From assembly GCA_041671225.1 (NCBI GenBank), contig JBAZBY010000001.1, positions 430,940 through 494,939 of the forward strand: a DNA stretch of 64,000 nt, written 5' to 3'. Of the stretch, positions 18,430 to 28,127 are shown piece after piece. Positions within the stretch are counted from its first letter, which is position 1, and every line of letters starts with the position of its first letter. This DNA comes from Patescibacteria group bacterium. Its GTDB lineage: Bacteria; Patescibacteriota; Patescibacteriia; JBAZBY01. The position numbers and the translations under genes are program-made. Under the pieces are notes generated by a model that did not search any database, was not told the origin of the DNA, and saw only the letters and a list, made by a program, of their open reading frames with translations.

Positions 18430-19548
18430 ATGAATAAAGGATTTGCTATCTTACCGGTGGTGTTTATTGTCGTTGCCGTCCTTCTTGGCGGCGTGGTTGG
18501 GTATGCAGTGTATTCTTTGCCTGGTCTCACGCAGAATGATGCAGCAGCACCAGCGCAGGTGATTGCCAATGGCAATACGAATACCGGCCTGCTCGGCGGA
18601 GATAGTGATGAACATGGGTGCATAGGGTCTGCGGGGTATTCGTGGTGCGAGGCAAAACAAAAGTGCTTACGTATTTGGGAAGAAGATTGCACAACTACGA
18701 CGAACACCAATACTACTACTGACCCAATCGCAGACTGGGAGACGTATATGAATACCGCCTTTGATTATTCTCTTCAGTACCCTACGAGCTGGGAAGCGCC
18801 TTCTGCCGATGCGGAGATTGCTGAATTTGGCGTAGGGGTAAGACAGCCTTTTTGGATCAAAAAAGTAGATACAATAAGCGAAACATTGGTTGTCCCTGGG
18901 AGCAACATGAAGATTATTATTGATGGAAATGAGGCAACTCAGCAGAAAGAGGGTGGAGAAAGCACATATGTAGTGACATATTTTTCACAAATGACTGGCT
19001 ATCTTCAAGTTGGTTATGATGAATCTCTCAGTGAAGGCAACGACGTTCTCTTGTCAATTGATTTTGATTCCACTGCCGACTGGGCGACATATACAAATAG
19101 CGATATGGGGTACCGTGTCCGTTACCCGGCCAATTGGACAATAACTGAAACCAATAAAACTTCAGAGATAACCACAGGTCAAACGGTTCAGTACGTCACG
19201 ATAGCAAACGCAACTGATACATACTCTCTCCATCTTGGAGTGAAAAGCACCAGCCAATCAAATATTGATATCTGGTATCGCACAGGAATCGGCGCGGGCG
19301 ATTTTGAAGCCGGTGAGTCGGTGGCGATGGCAGGTACAAGTATCCAAACGACAAAATTGGTCTATCAAGGAAAGACTGTTGAAGTGTTTTTCAATCCAGC
19401 GGATGCCTCACCCAGCCAGGTCGTTATCGGAACGCATGCCGTATCGGCTTACTTGCACAATAATTCAGAAAACAGCGCCGATATTTTAGGATCAGACGAA
19501 TATTCGGTTGCCAAAGACATTGTGGGTACATTGGAATTTACGGACTAA
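18430..19548 (+). CDS. prepilin-like secreted protein with Cys motif and two PsbP-like domains
   Basis: MNKG|FAILP hydrophobic leader; GGDSDEHGCIGSAGYSWCEAKQKCLRIWEEDC; two W.TY.N...Y...YP..W repeats. Confidence 0.7.
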   Translation: MNKGFAILPVVFIVVAVLLGGVVGYAVYSLPGLTQNDAAAPAQVIANGNTNTGLLGGDSDEHGCIGSAGYSWCEAKQKCLRIWEEDCTTTTNTNTTTDPIADWETYMNTAFDYSLQYPTSWEAPSADAEIAEFGVGVRQPFWIKKVDTISETLVVPGSNMKIIIDGNEATQQKEGGESTYVVTYFSQMTGYLQVGYDESLSEGNDVLLSIDFDSTADWATYTNSDMGYRVRYPANWTITETNKTSEITTGQTVQYVTIANATDTYSLHLGVKSTSQSNIDIWYRTGIGAGDFEAGESVAMAGTSIQTTKLVYQGKTVEVFFNPADASPSQVVIGTHAVSAYLHNNSENSADILGSDEYSVAKDIVGTLEFTD

Positions 19549-19558
19549 TACAAACACC

Positions 19559-20713
19559 ATGCTCCAACGCGGCATCGCTCTTCTTCCCATCCTTCTCATC
19601 ATCGGCGGCGTTGTATTGGCCGGCATTCTTGGATTTGTGATATGGCAACTGCCGAGCATGACCAACACCCAAACAACGAATACAGCAAATATCGTGGTCA
19701 ACACGAATGCTGTTGCTTGCACACAGGAAGCGAAGCTCTGCCCGGACGGTTCTGCTGTTGGCCGCACTGGGCCAAACTGCGAGTTCGCTGCATGCCCGGG
19801 GGAGACGAATACGAATATTTCTACCGCAGACTGGAAGACATATGCGAATAATGAATTTGATTTTACATTTCAGTATCCAAATTCCTGGATCGTCGAAAAT
19901 TGGAAAGATATTGGACAATTTGTCAATGGAGATGGAAGAACTTTTTCATTTATCTGGGATGAAATTATCATCCGCGAAGGAGATGTGCGGGAAAACACTA
20001 CTGGTAGCAGTGCGCTTAGTTTTGGGTTCACTGATATTTCGGCGGAGTTATTTATTGGACGGTATAATAGTGATGGTGATACCGCATCTCAGGTGATAGC
20101 GCCTGTATATATTGAAACCGTTGCGGGAAGAACTGTGAAGCATGTGACTGCAGAAACTGCAATTGGATTGCCACGTGAGTACCTGTTTTTTGCTCCGTAT
20201 TCCTCCGGTTTTATTATTTCTTACGATGATTTTGACAGTACACATAAACAAATTCTCTCTTCATTGACGTTTACGGAACAGGATCCAACCGCATGGTGGG
20301 GTACATATACAAATGAGCAATATGGATTTACATTGCGTTATCCATCTATGTTTAGTGTGTTTGAAGAATCAACCCTATTGAAAGGTGAGCAGGAATATCC
20401 ATCTATTGTCTTTGCACCAAGCAATGACCTTGGGGTTTTCTCAATAACAATATATCCGCGAAAAAGTAATGAAACCGGACTTGCTGCATATTTGAGCGCT
20501 GTGCCGACCGATCTTCATGCGTCAGAACAGACAAGTGTGTCTGTTGGCGGCGCTGAGGGTATTAGGATTGATCCTGTTCCAGGATTGGCACCAGCAAAGG
20601 CAGTTTTTCTTGCCAAGGACAATTTCGCGTTTGAGTTAAATACAAGCAGTAGACCTGGACTTACTGATGAGGAATATAATAGCATCCTCTCTACCTTCCA
20701 ATTCACAAATTAG
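19559..20713 (+). CDS. prepilin-like secreted protein with CTxEAKxCPDGS motif and PsbP-like domains
   Basis: ATG at 19559 (MLQRG|IALLP); ACTQEAKLCPDGSAVGRTGPNCEFAACP; two W.TY.N..F/YG/D F...YP repeats. Confidence 0.7.
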   Translation: MLQRGIALLPILLIIGGVVLAGILGFVIWQLPSMTNTQTTNTANIVVNTNAVACTQEAKLCPDGSAVGRTGPNCEFAACPGETNTNISTADWKTYANNEFDFTFQYPNSWIVENWKDIGQFVNGDGRTFSFIWDEIIIREGDVRENTTGSSALSFGFTDISAELFIGRYNSDGDTASQVIAPVYIETVAGRTVKHVTAETAIGLPREYLFFAPYSSGFIISYDDFDSTHKQILSSLTFTEQDPTAWWGTYTNEQYGFTLRYPSMFSVFEESTLLKGEQEYPSIVFAPSNDLGVFSITIYPRKSNETGLAAYLSAVPTDLHASEQTSVSVGGAEGIRIDPVPGLAPAKAVFLAKDNFAFELNTSSRPGLTDEEYNSILSTFQFTN

Positions 20714-20963
20714 GGTATGACCCAACGCGGATTCGCTTTTCTTCCCATCCTTCTCATCATCGGCGGCGTTGTATTGGTCGGCATTCTTGGATTTGTGATA
20801 TGGCAACTGCCGAGCATGACCAACACCGGAAACACGAACACGGTGAATGTTGTGGTCAATGCGAATACTGTCGCCTGCACGGAAGAAGCAAAGCTCTGCC
20901 CGGACGGTTCTGCTGTTGGCCGCACCGGGCCAAACTGCGAGTTCGCTGCATGCCCGGGGGAGA
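19559..20963 (+). repeat. dispersed ~247-bp 5' duplication (19559-19805 and 20717-20963)
   Basis: Long identical runs across leader/TM and Cys-motif coding sequence. The first ~39 nt of the 20717 copy recur at 22091. Confidence 0.85.
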
Positions 20964-22054
20964 ATACCAATACCTCTGTTGATCTGACGGCCGATTGGGA
21001 AACATATACGAATGATACTTATGGGTATTCGATTCGATATCCAAAAGGGTGGGTATATGATGCTATGTTTCTTGAATCCGTGGTTTTTAATTCCGAATCT
21101 ACTGGTCAATGGAGGCTTTCAATCGATATGGAACCAACCGCGAGATCTGTGCAGGAAAATATTGATACTCCGATCCACAATAGCCTAGGAGAAGCCACGC
21201 ATCTTCAAGGAGATGAATGGGAAAGAAGCGCTCGCACCATCGATGGGCAACAAGCAATACGAATAGTTGTCCGTGAACTCCATCCTGGTGACTATGGGGA
21301 TACAAAAACACTGGTCGTCAATGACGGCTTCCTTTATACCTTAAGCCAAGGAACAGGTTCAGATCCTATTGAATCGGCCATGGTCGATAGTTTGAGATTT
21401 ACATCCCGCAAGACAATCGCAGATTGGAAGACATATACGAATGACGAATTCGGTTTTTCATTCAAATATCCTGCTGATTATCAACTTGAAACAGGCTCCG
21501 GCGATGTTCAACTCATTGCTCGCTCGTTCCACCCGCAAGGGCTCTTAGCCTTTGGAGTGTGGCGCGGAGAACAAGAGGACTGTGAGTGCGAGCTCATTAC
21601 GTATAATGGAAAAACCATCACCGTAGGTGATTCCCAATATAATGATTCATGGGAAACGGATTATATGTGGTCCACCTTCCAATTCACGGACGTCACGACC
21701 ACTCAAGCAACAGATGATGACTCTGTATCATTAAGTCCGGAGGATCAGCAAGCGCTGGAATCAGTCGCGTTTGCAGTGGTAGATCAAAAAACCAGTGGGC
21801 AATGGGATAAGAGAATAGATGTTGGGCGCGTAGATGCATCGCAAAATGCGGTTGTAGGGTACTGGTGGGCGCGCGACCGCTGGCAATGGATCGCTTGGAG
21901 ACAAGCAGGAGGCGATTGGAATATTCTGGTAAGTCTGGACGGATTTGATTGTACAGAATTAGAAAGTCTCCCAACGCAATATGAGAGTTTTTTCCATAAC
22001 GTCATATATATATCGTCTGGCGAAAAGTATTGCTTTTCACACACATCTCGCTAA
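20717..22054 (+). CDS. prepilin-like secreted protein with Cys motif, PsbP-like domains and an extra C-terminal domain
   Basis: MTQRG|FAFLP leader; same Cys motif as the upstream paralog. Confidence 0.7.
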   Translation: MTQRGFAFLPILLIIGGVVLVGILGFVIWQLPSMTNTGNTNTVNVVVNANTVACTEEAKLCPDGSAVGRTGPNCEFAACPGENTNTSVDLTADWETYTNDTYGYSIRYPKGWVYDAMFLESVVFNSESTGQWRLSIDMEPTARSVQENIDTPIHNSLGEATHLQGDEWERSARTIDGQQAIRIVVRELHPGDYGDTKTLVVNDGFLYTLSQGTGSDPIESAMVDSLRFTSRKTIADWKTYTNDEFGFSFKYPADYQLETGSGDVQLIARSFHPQGLLAFGVWRGEQEDCECELITYNGKTITVGDSQYNDSWETDYMWSTFQFTDVTTTQATDDDSVSLSPEDQQALESVAFAVVDQKTSGQWDKRIDVGRVDASQNAVVGYWWARDRWQWIAWRQAGGDWNILVSLDGFDCTELESLPTQYESFFHNVIYISSGEKYCFSHTSR

Positions 22055-22090
22055 AGAAATAACAGGCACGTCGGAATTCACAATGAACAT

Positions 22091-22711
22091 ATGACCCAAC
22101 GCGGATTCGCTTTTCTTCCCATCCTTCTCGTCATCGTCGCGTTGATTCTCGCAGGAGTACTGAGTTTTGGTTTGTATTTGCTTTCTGGTGCTGGCAATGA
22201 TAATGGTATCAACACGAACATTGGCACTACTACCGTGGTAAAAAATTTTGATGAATGTGCAGCCGCGGGGTATCCGGTTGGCGAAAGCTACCCGCGCCAG
22301 TGCTTTGCAAATAGGCAGACGTTTGTGGAGGATATTGCTAACACGAATAACAACGCCACCACAGGACCTGCTGTGTGTGGTGATGGCGTGTGCGCCGTGG
22401 GTGAGGCAGAATGTATTCCGAGCGAGTGCGGTGAGGGTTGGTGTACAGATGATTGTAGCGTGCCACTCTGTCCGGAAGATTGTACGAATGAGGTAAGATT
22501 TTCCTTGCCATTAGAAACAGCAGAAGAGGTGCAGGCCTTTCTGGAGACGAAAAATAATCCTGTCGATTGTTTAAATACTCAATTTTCAGCTGATTGGAAT
22601 GAAGCGGGGTATTGGGATGTCACATGTCATAGTAACGAAATGAGTATGTCTGTTGCGGTTGAGCCAGATGGTGACTATCATGACGCGCCTCGATTTCTAG
22701 GGACAAATTAG
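22091..22711 (+). CDS. prepilin-like Cys-rich secreted protein
   Basis: MTQRG|FAFLP; NFDECAAAGYPVGESYPRQC; CGDGVC...CPEDC. Confidence 0.7.
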   Translation: MTQRGFAFLPILLVIVALILAGVLSFGLYLLSGAGNDNGINTNIGTTTVVKNFDECAAAGYPVGESYPRQCFANRQTFVEDIANTNNNATTGPAVCGDGVCAVGEAECIPSECGEGWCTDDCSVPLCPEDCTNEVRFSLPLETAEEVQAFLETKNNPVDCLNTQFSADWNEAGYWDVTCHSNEMSMSVAVEPDGDYHDAPRFLGTN

Positions 22712-22809
22712 CATATAAAATAAGAGAAAAATCGCTAACCTTGCAGACAGGGCGTCTTTGTGGTAGCATAGCGAACGCTTAACTTAACTCATTTGAATTT
22801 GGAAACCCA

Positions 22810-24339
22810 ATGGAATTCAGCATATTATGGTTCGCGATTCTCGCGGCCTCGCTTGCTGGTGGCGTGCTTGCAGGGTATTGGTTCCGCAAAACCTGGGCCA
22901 TTCGAGAAGCACAATCCATCGAAGCAAAAGCGCAAACACTCATAGAAAAGGCAAAGGCAGAGTCAAAGGAACATCTGCTCGATGCAAAAGAAAAGGCCAG
23001 TAAAGTAATTGAAGAAGCGCAACGCGAAGAAAAAGAACTTCGGGCGGAGCTTCGCAATCAACAGCAACGACTTGAACAACGCGAGTCGAAGTTTGATTCC
23101 AAGCTAATGGAGGTGGAAGGTAAGCAAGAAGAGCTTGCCAAAAAGGCCACAAAGCTTGAAGAACTCAAAGGGAAAATCCGTGAGATTCAGGAAATGCAGG
23201 AAAAGCGGTTAGAGGAAATCGCAAGTTTATCTCGGGAGGAAGCAACAGAAAAGCTCATGATCAAGGTGGAGGAGAGCAGCAAAGAAGCGCTGACATCCCG
23301 CCTTAAAAAGATGGATCAGGAGAGTTCTGATGTGATCGATAAGAAGGCCCGCGATCTTCTTTCCACCGCCATTCAGCGCGTGGTGCATAGCCACGTGACA
23401 GAAACGACCACCACCGTCGTGCAGCTTCCAAGTGAAGACATGAAGGGTCGCATCATCGGGCGCGAGGGCCGCAACATCAAAGCGCTTGAAACGCTCACCG
23501 GTGTTGAAATTGTTGTTGATGACACGCCGGATACCATCGTGATTTCTGGCTTCAATCCGATTCGTCGGCACTTAGCAAAGCGCGCATTAGAGAAACTGAT
23601 GTCTGATGGTCGCATTCACCCTGCCCGCATTGAAGAGACGGTAAAGGAAGCAAAGAAGGATCTCACGCGCGATATTCAAAAAGCCGGTGAAGATGCCGTG
23701 TATGATGTTGGCGTGACGGGGCTCAACCCGCAGCTCGTGCAGGTGCTCGGTCGTTTGAAGTACCGCACAAGTTACGGTCAGAATGTTCTCTTGCACTCCA
23801 TTGAAGTGGCATTACTCTCTGGGCTTATTGCCGCACAACTCGGCGCAGACAGCGCAAAAGCAAAGAAGGCCGGCTTGCTGCATGACATCGGTAAAGCAAT
23901 CAACCATGAAGTCGGCGGTGCGCATACGACCGTCGGATATGAAATTTTAAAGAAGTTCGGCGTGTCGGAAGATATTGCACAAGTCGCCGTGGGTCACCAC
24001 GAAGATCATGTTGAGGATCTTACCACTATTATCGTGAAGACAGCGGACGCCATCAGCGGTGGCCGCCCAGGCGCACGTAAGGATACCTATGAGAACTACG
24101 TGCAACGCTTGGATGAGATCGAAACACTTGCCAAGAACTTTGAGGGCGTAGAAAAGGTCTATGCAATTCAGGCTGGCCGCGAGGTTCGCGTGTTTGTGGA
24201 ACCAACCAAGATTGATGATTGGAAGGCGCATGAACTGGCAAAGGACATTGCCAAGAGCATTGAGCAGCAGCTGCAATACCCCGGTGAAATCAAGGTGAAT
24301 GTGATCCGTGAGACGCGGGCAATAGAATATGCCCGCTAA
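22810..24339 (+). CDS. rny: ribonuclease Y
   Basis: N-terminal TM, coiled coil, KH domain (KGRIIGREGRNI), HD domain (LLHDIGK), YAIQAGREVRV. Confidence 0.97.
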   Translation: MEFSILWFAILAASLAGGVLAGYWFRKTWAIREAQSIEAKAQTLIEKAKAESKEHLLDAKEKASKVIEEAQREEKELRAELRNQQQRLEQRESKFDSKLMEVEGKQEELAKKATKLEELKGKIREIQEMQEKRLEEIASLSREEATEKLMIKVEESSKEALTSRLKKMDQESSDVIDKKARDLLSTAIQRVVHSHVTETTTTVVQLPSEDMKGRIIGREGRNIKALETLTGVEIVVDDTPDTIVISGFNPIRRHLAKRALEKLMSDGRIHPARIEETVKEAKKDLTRDIQKAGEDAVYDVGVTGLNPQLVQVLGRLKYRTSYGQNVLLHSIEVALLSGLIAAQLGADSAKAKKAGLLHDIGKAINHEVGGAHTTVGYEILKKFGVSEDIAQVAVGHHEDHVEDLTTIIVKTADAISGGRPGARKDTYENYVQRLDEIETLAKNFEGVEKVYAIQAGREVRVFVEPTKIDDWKAHELAKDIAKSIEQQLQYPGEIKVNVIRETRAIEYAR

Positions 24340-24365
24340 CATGGTATACTCATAGAGGAGGATCT

Positions 24366-24704
24366 ATGAACCGTGCAGAGCTTGCAGAAAAGATCGCCGA
24401 GAAGATCGGCATCACTAAAAAGCAGGCAGAAGATGTACTGCGTTCTTTTGAGTCCCACACAATCAAAGCCTTGCAGCAGGGTCAAGAAGTGACGCTTGCG
24501 GGTTTTGGTACCTTTTCAGCGCGTGTGCGAAAAGAACGCGGCGGCGTGAATCCCCGCAATCCAAAAGAGCGTATTCAGATCCCAACCGTAACGGTACCAA
24601 AGTTCAAAGCAGGCAAGAACCTGAAGGATGAGCTGAAGTCCGGCAAAGCAGGATCCGCAGGAAAGAGCGAGGATCAGGACGTGCTGCCGGTTGAAGAGGC
24701 ATAA
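24366..24704 (+). CDS. hup: HU family DNA-binding protein
   Basis: MNRAEL, GFGTF, R.GVNP, PKFKAGK.LK; GAGGAGG RBS. Confidence 0.92.
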   Translation: MNRAELAEKIAEKIGITKKQAEDVLRSFESHTIKALQQGQEVTLAGFGTFSARVRKERGGVNPRNPKERIQIPTVTVPKFKAGKNLKDELKSGKAGSAGKSEDQDVLPVEEA

Positions 24705-24727
24705 TATATTATTAACCTCAACGATAT

Positions 24728-24913
24728 ATGATGGATGTGAATATTCATAAGCGCGGCGGCGGAGACGCTGTCTATGGGCTCGGTTTTATTGGCGCTGCCA
24801 TTTATTATATTTCTGTGGCTACCGGTTTTTGGGTCGGTGTTTTGGGTGTTCTCAAAGCGATCATTTGGCCCATCTTTTTTGTCTACGAGGCGTTGAAGTT
24901 TTTTGCGCAATAA
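24728..24913 (+). CDS. small membrane protein
   Basis: AVYGLGFIGAAIYY...GFW.GVLG.LKAI.WP; two hydrophobic segments. Confidence 0.7.
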   Translation: MMDVNIHKRGGGDAVYGLGFIGAAIYYISVATGFWVGVLGVLKAIIWPIFFVYEALKFFAQ

Positions 24914-24954
24914 TAAGAGGGGCGCAGCGAGGTAAACAAAAAACACTCCGCAGA
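24867..24954 (+). repeat. left direct repeat (88 bp) of the rSAM-TrmB cassette
   Basis: Identical to 27537-27625 except for one A in the poly-A run. Confidence 0.95.
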
Positions 24955-24983
24955 GCATGCAGGGTGTTTTTGGGTATGCAAAT

Positions 24984-25026
24984 AAAAAGAGGTGCTACCC
25001 GGAACGCGATGTCCGGATAGCACCTC
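24984..25026 (-). terminator. terminator of the radical SAM gene
   Basis: AAAAA-GAGGTGCTA.CCGGA-loop-TCCGG.TAGCACCTC hairpin. Confidence 0.7.
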
Positions 25027-25036
25027 GGTTGTGCAT

Positions 25037-26548
25037 TTAGAGTCCCCAGTTTTTGGTCCGGTCCGCAATGTGCATGCAGTCCGGACCATTCACCTCCTTC
25101 ATCCACCGGAGCCGAAGCTTGGTGAGTTGTATGGGAGTCAGGCCGCCAACAGGGAATGCCGAGCGCTCGTGGCTCGTGCGCAGGTCGAGATCCGGGAACA
25201 CGGTCTTCAGGTATGCGTATGCGGCAGTTCCGGGGATGGCGGTATAGATGAATAACATCACATATGCCAATCCCGCTTGCTTCAGTCGCTTCGCATACCA
25301 AACCGTCCGCTCCATATCCGCGAGCGACTCCTCGAAGCCGCCGTTGTTGCCTTTGAATCCGAGCATGAACCCGCCCACCGCTTCGATCCCCTTGTGTGCA
25401 GCGTAGCGCACGATCTTCTCGGCCGCGTCCGCCTCTGCATTCACATGCGGCTTGTGGCTTTTGGCAAGGGACTGCGGATTGGCCGATTCAATTGCCAGGT
25501 AGAACCGGTAGCAGCCGCTTTCCGCGAGTGCATCAAGGATGTGCTCGTATGAAAGGCAGAAGCCCGGCTTCATGAACTTGAACATGGAGAGTCCGCCTTC
25601 CTCGAACCACGCCATGTCGTATTTCTGCAGGATCGCCGCAACTGCCAGCGCGCGCGGGATGTCAGCGAAGAACATGTCGTCCTCTACGATGACTTCGTTG
25701 ACGCCGATGGCCTTCAGTAATGCAACTTCCCGCTCAAATCGCGCAAGTCCGTAGTAACGGATTTTCCCAGCCATGATATGGATATGACAGAAGTCGCACT
25801 TGAGCGGGCAGCCTTCACTGGACAGGATGTATGCATGCCGCCCCGTTGTCCGGAAACGACTGCCGCCCGTGTGCTCAGGAGTGTCATACATCGGATGGAG
25901 TGGAATTTCCAGGCGCCGTGGTGCAAGGACGTCGAGCGTGGGAATGAACAGACGGTCCGGATTGTGCACCAGAACGCCATGTTCATTCTTATAGCTCACA
26001 CCCGCAACCATTGTTGTATGGTGCGAAGAAATACCCTCCTCGATGGAGCGACATAGCTCAGGGAACGTTACAAGACCTTCGCCCCGGATCACCATGTCCA
26101 CACAAGGACTTTTCATCACGTCGCGACAATCACCGGTGGCGTGAGAGCCGCCCTCGGCAATGATCGCGTTGGGGTATGCACGCCTCATTATGTGAGCGAC
26201 ACGCTCTACATTACTTGCCTGGTTGCTGAACAGGCTCGTGATGCCGCAGACATCCGGAGTAAAGCGCTCAAGAACCTCTTCAAGTTGCGCGTCGGTCAGG
26301 CCGTAGCGAACCGTGCCGTCTTCCTGTGCAGTGTACTGGTCGTATGCGGACATACAGGCGTCGATGAAAACGACGTTGAATCCCGCAGCCACCAACTCAC
26401 TTGCAATAAGTTCCGCCCCGATCGGACAGCCAGCGCGGCGCGTTTCATATGTCGGCCAGAAGCTGTAAAAGGGGGCGGCCATCATGATAGTGAGTCGCCG
26501 CATGTCCTGCCAAAAGGCAACTCCCTGCGTAAATAGCTCGACCCGCAC
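25037..26548 (-). CDS. B12-binding domain radical SAM protein
   Basis: N-terminal cobalamin-binding-like domain (PD.CGITS, GGSHAT, GEG..T); CPLKCDFC (CxxxCxxC); EDDMF, AIES, IPGT. Confidence 0.9.
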   Translation of the reverse strand: MRVELFTQGVAFWQDMRRLTIMMAAPFYSFWPTYETRRAGCPIGAELIASELVAAGFNVVFIDACMSAYDQYTAQEDGTVRYGLTDAQLEEVLERFTPDVCGITSLFSNQASNVERVAHIMRRAYPNAIIAEGGSHATGDCRDVMKSPCVDMVIRGEGLVTFPELCRSIEEGISSHHTTMVAGVSYKNEHGVLVHNPDRLFIPTLDVLAPRRLEIPLHPMYDTPEHTGGSRFRTTGRHAYILSSEGCPLKCDFCHIHIMAGKIRYYGLARFEREVALLKAIGVNEVIVEDDMFFADIPRALAVAAILQKYDMAWFEEGGLSMFKFMKPGFCLSYEHILDALAESGCYRFYLAIESANPQSLAKSHKPHVNAEADAAEKIVRYAAHKGIEAVGGFMLGFKGNNGGFEESLADMERTVWYAKRLKQAGLAYVMLFIYTAIPGTAAYAYLKTVFPDLDLRTSHERSAFPVGGLTPIQLTKLRLRWMKEVNGPDCMHIADRTKNWGL

Positions 26549-26617
26549 TTTTGCACCTTCCTTTCCTATGTAGGTTGTTAAGTTGCGTGTTCAGACTGCA
26601 TTCGAGTTGAACAGGGG

Positions 26618-26746
26618 AATATACTACATATTTTCATAAATGTCAATATTATTCGTCATTTTTGACGAGTAATAAATGCTTATAATATAAAACAATATTG
26701 ACAATTATTCTTTCTTGATATATAATGACGACGAATAATTCGTCAT
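26618..26746. promoter_or_regulatory. divergent sigma70 promoters with TCGTCA/TGACGA inverted-repeat operators
   Basis: Plus strand TTGACA(26698)-17-TATAAT. Minus strand TTGACA(26646)-17-TATATT. Inverted repeats TCGTCA-N4-TGACGA (~26653-26668) and ATGACGA-N8-TCGTCAT (~26725-26746). Confidence 0.7.
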
Positions 26747-26755
26747 ATTGTCTAT

Positions 26756-27496
26756 ATGAAAATAGAGCAAATCCTTGAAAAATTCGGTTTTTCTACGAAT
26801 GAGTCAAAAGTGTATTTGTCCTCCCTTGAAATGGGCCTGGCCTCGGCGCAAGATATTGCAAAAAAGGCTGGCCTAAAACGCACGACGACGTATTCGGTAT
26901 TGTCATACTTAGTGGATCGCGGAGTGGTCGGAAAGACCATCGTCAAGAATAAAACGCGGTTCGTTGCGGAACCACCGGACAAGCTCTTAAATTTAGTGAA
27001 CGAAGTCAAAGAAAGCATTACGGATGTGCTTCCGCAACTGGAGGCGATCTATAACACGAACGACGCGAAGCCGAAGATCACATTCTATGAAGGCGAAAGT
27101 GCGATCCATAATGTATATGAAGACACGCTCAAAGAGAAGCCAATGGAAATCTTGGAATGGAACACCAATGCATTTTTTGACCGTTTTCCAAAAGAGTATA
27201 ACTACATTGAAAAACGGGCCGCATTAGGGATCAAGGCACGGCGTATCTCAAGTAAAGGTTCTTTATGGGATACCACGCATAAACGAATGGACAAAATGGA
27301 ATTGGCAGAAACGATCGGTGTGCAAAAGGAACTTTTTGATCCGAAGATCGAAGTGAATATCTACAACAATAAGGTCGCATTCATGAATTACGCGGAAAAT
27401 ATGTCCATCATCATCGAGAGTAAGGCGATCGCGGATGCGATGCGACAAGCATATGAACTTTCGTGGCTTGGAGCAAAAGTGAGTTCGGCCAGGTAA
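26756..27496 (+). CDS. TrmB family transcriptional regulator
   Basis: GFS.NESKVYL, IAKKAGLKRTTTY winged HTH; FYEG; E.NIY.NKVA C-terminal domain. Confidence 0.88.
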   Translation: MKIEQILEKFGFSTNESKVYLSSLEMGLASAQDIAKKAGLKRTTTYSVLSYLVDRGVVGKTIVKNKTRFVAEPPDKLLNLVNEVKESITDVLPQLEAIYNTNDAKPKITFYEGESAIHNVYEDTLKEKPMEILEWNTNAFFDRFPKEYNYIEKRAALGIKARRISSKGSLWDTTHKRMDKMELAETIGVQKELFDPKIEVNIYNNKVAFMNYAENMSIIIESKAIADAMRQAYELSWLGAKVSSAR

Positions 27497-27536
27497 TAAC
27501 CCTTCCTACATTCCAGCATCAACAGTCCTTTGCTCG

Positions 27537-27625
27537 GGCCCATCTTTTTTGTCTACGAGGCGTTGAAGTTTTTTGCGCAATAATAAGAGGGGCGCAGCGA
27601 GGTAAACAAAAAAACACTCCGCAGA
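27537..27625 (+). repeat. right direct repeat (89 bp) of the rSAM-TrmB cassette
   Basis: Duplicates the 3' end of the small membrane gene and the left arm of its terminator. Confidence 0.95.
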
Positions 27626-27641
27626 ACGTGGAGTGTTTTTT
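27608..27641. terminator. bidirectional intrinsic terminator
   Basis: AAAAAACACTCC...GGAGTGTTTTTT. Confidence 0.75.
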
Positions 27642-27688
27642 GTGGGTTATACGCGTCGATGAGTGACATGAGAATTGCATGTTGTCTC

Positions 27689-28012
27689 TCAGCGGTTTTG
27701 GTGTGTGTTTTTTTGATTTGAGATTTGAATGATGGCGTCGAAGTTGTCCGCCTCTAACGTCTTGTTTTTTCTCTCAAATCCACACACAGCGCAGCGATGG
27801 AGAATGATATATCCTCCTCGCTTCGTCTCCACTCCAACAGGTTCCATAAGCCCCTGACATGCTGCCTGACGATCGCCAGGATTCATGTCAACGTGTTTGC
27901 TCCATAGACACTGCGGACAGTGGTTGGTATAGCCGCTCCCGCGTACAAAGAAACCACATCGTTCGCAGGTGAAGTCCTCTCTGGTACGTTGGAATTTTTT
28001 TGGCTGGGTCAT
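27689..28012 (-). CDS. RNHCP domain zinc-binding protein
   Basis: F.CE.CG, YTNHCPQCLWSKHVD..PGDR...C.GLMEP, HRC..CG. Confidence 0.9.
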   Translation of the reverse strand: MTQPKKFQRTREDFTCERCGFFVRGSGYTNHCPQCLWSKHVDMNPGDRQAACQGLMEPVGVETKRGGYIILHRCAVCGFERKNKTLEADNFDAIIQISNQKNTHQNR

Positions 28013-28127
28013 AGCATGAATATCCAGGTTTGGGTTATCAACGATCAGCGTATCTCGGGCTCTTTATAAACACAGTAACCCAATAAGACAAAGGGCACAC
28101 ATACACTGAAGCCTGCAAATATTGTTG

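Noticed and set aside
19559-20963. Diversity-generating retroelement TR/VR pair (also considered for 60733-62735)
   Set aside because: Mismatches are not adenine-specific, both copies are in-frame parts of full genes, and there is no reverse transcriptase in the window.
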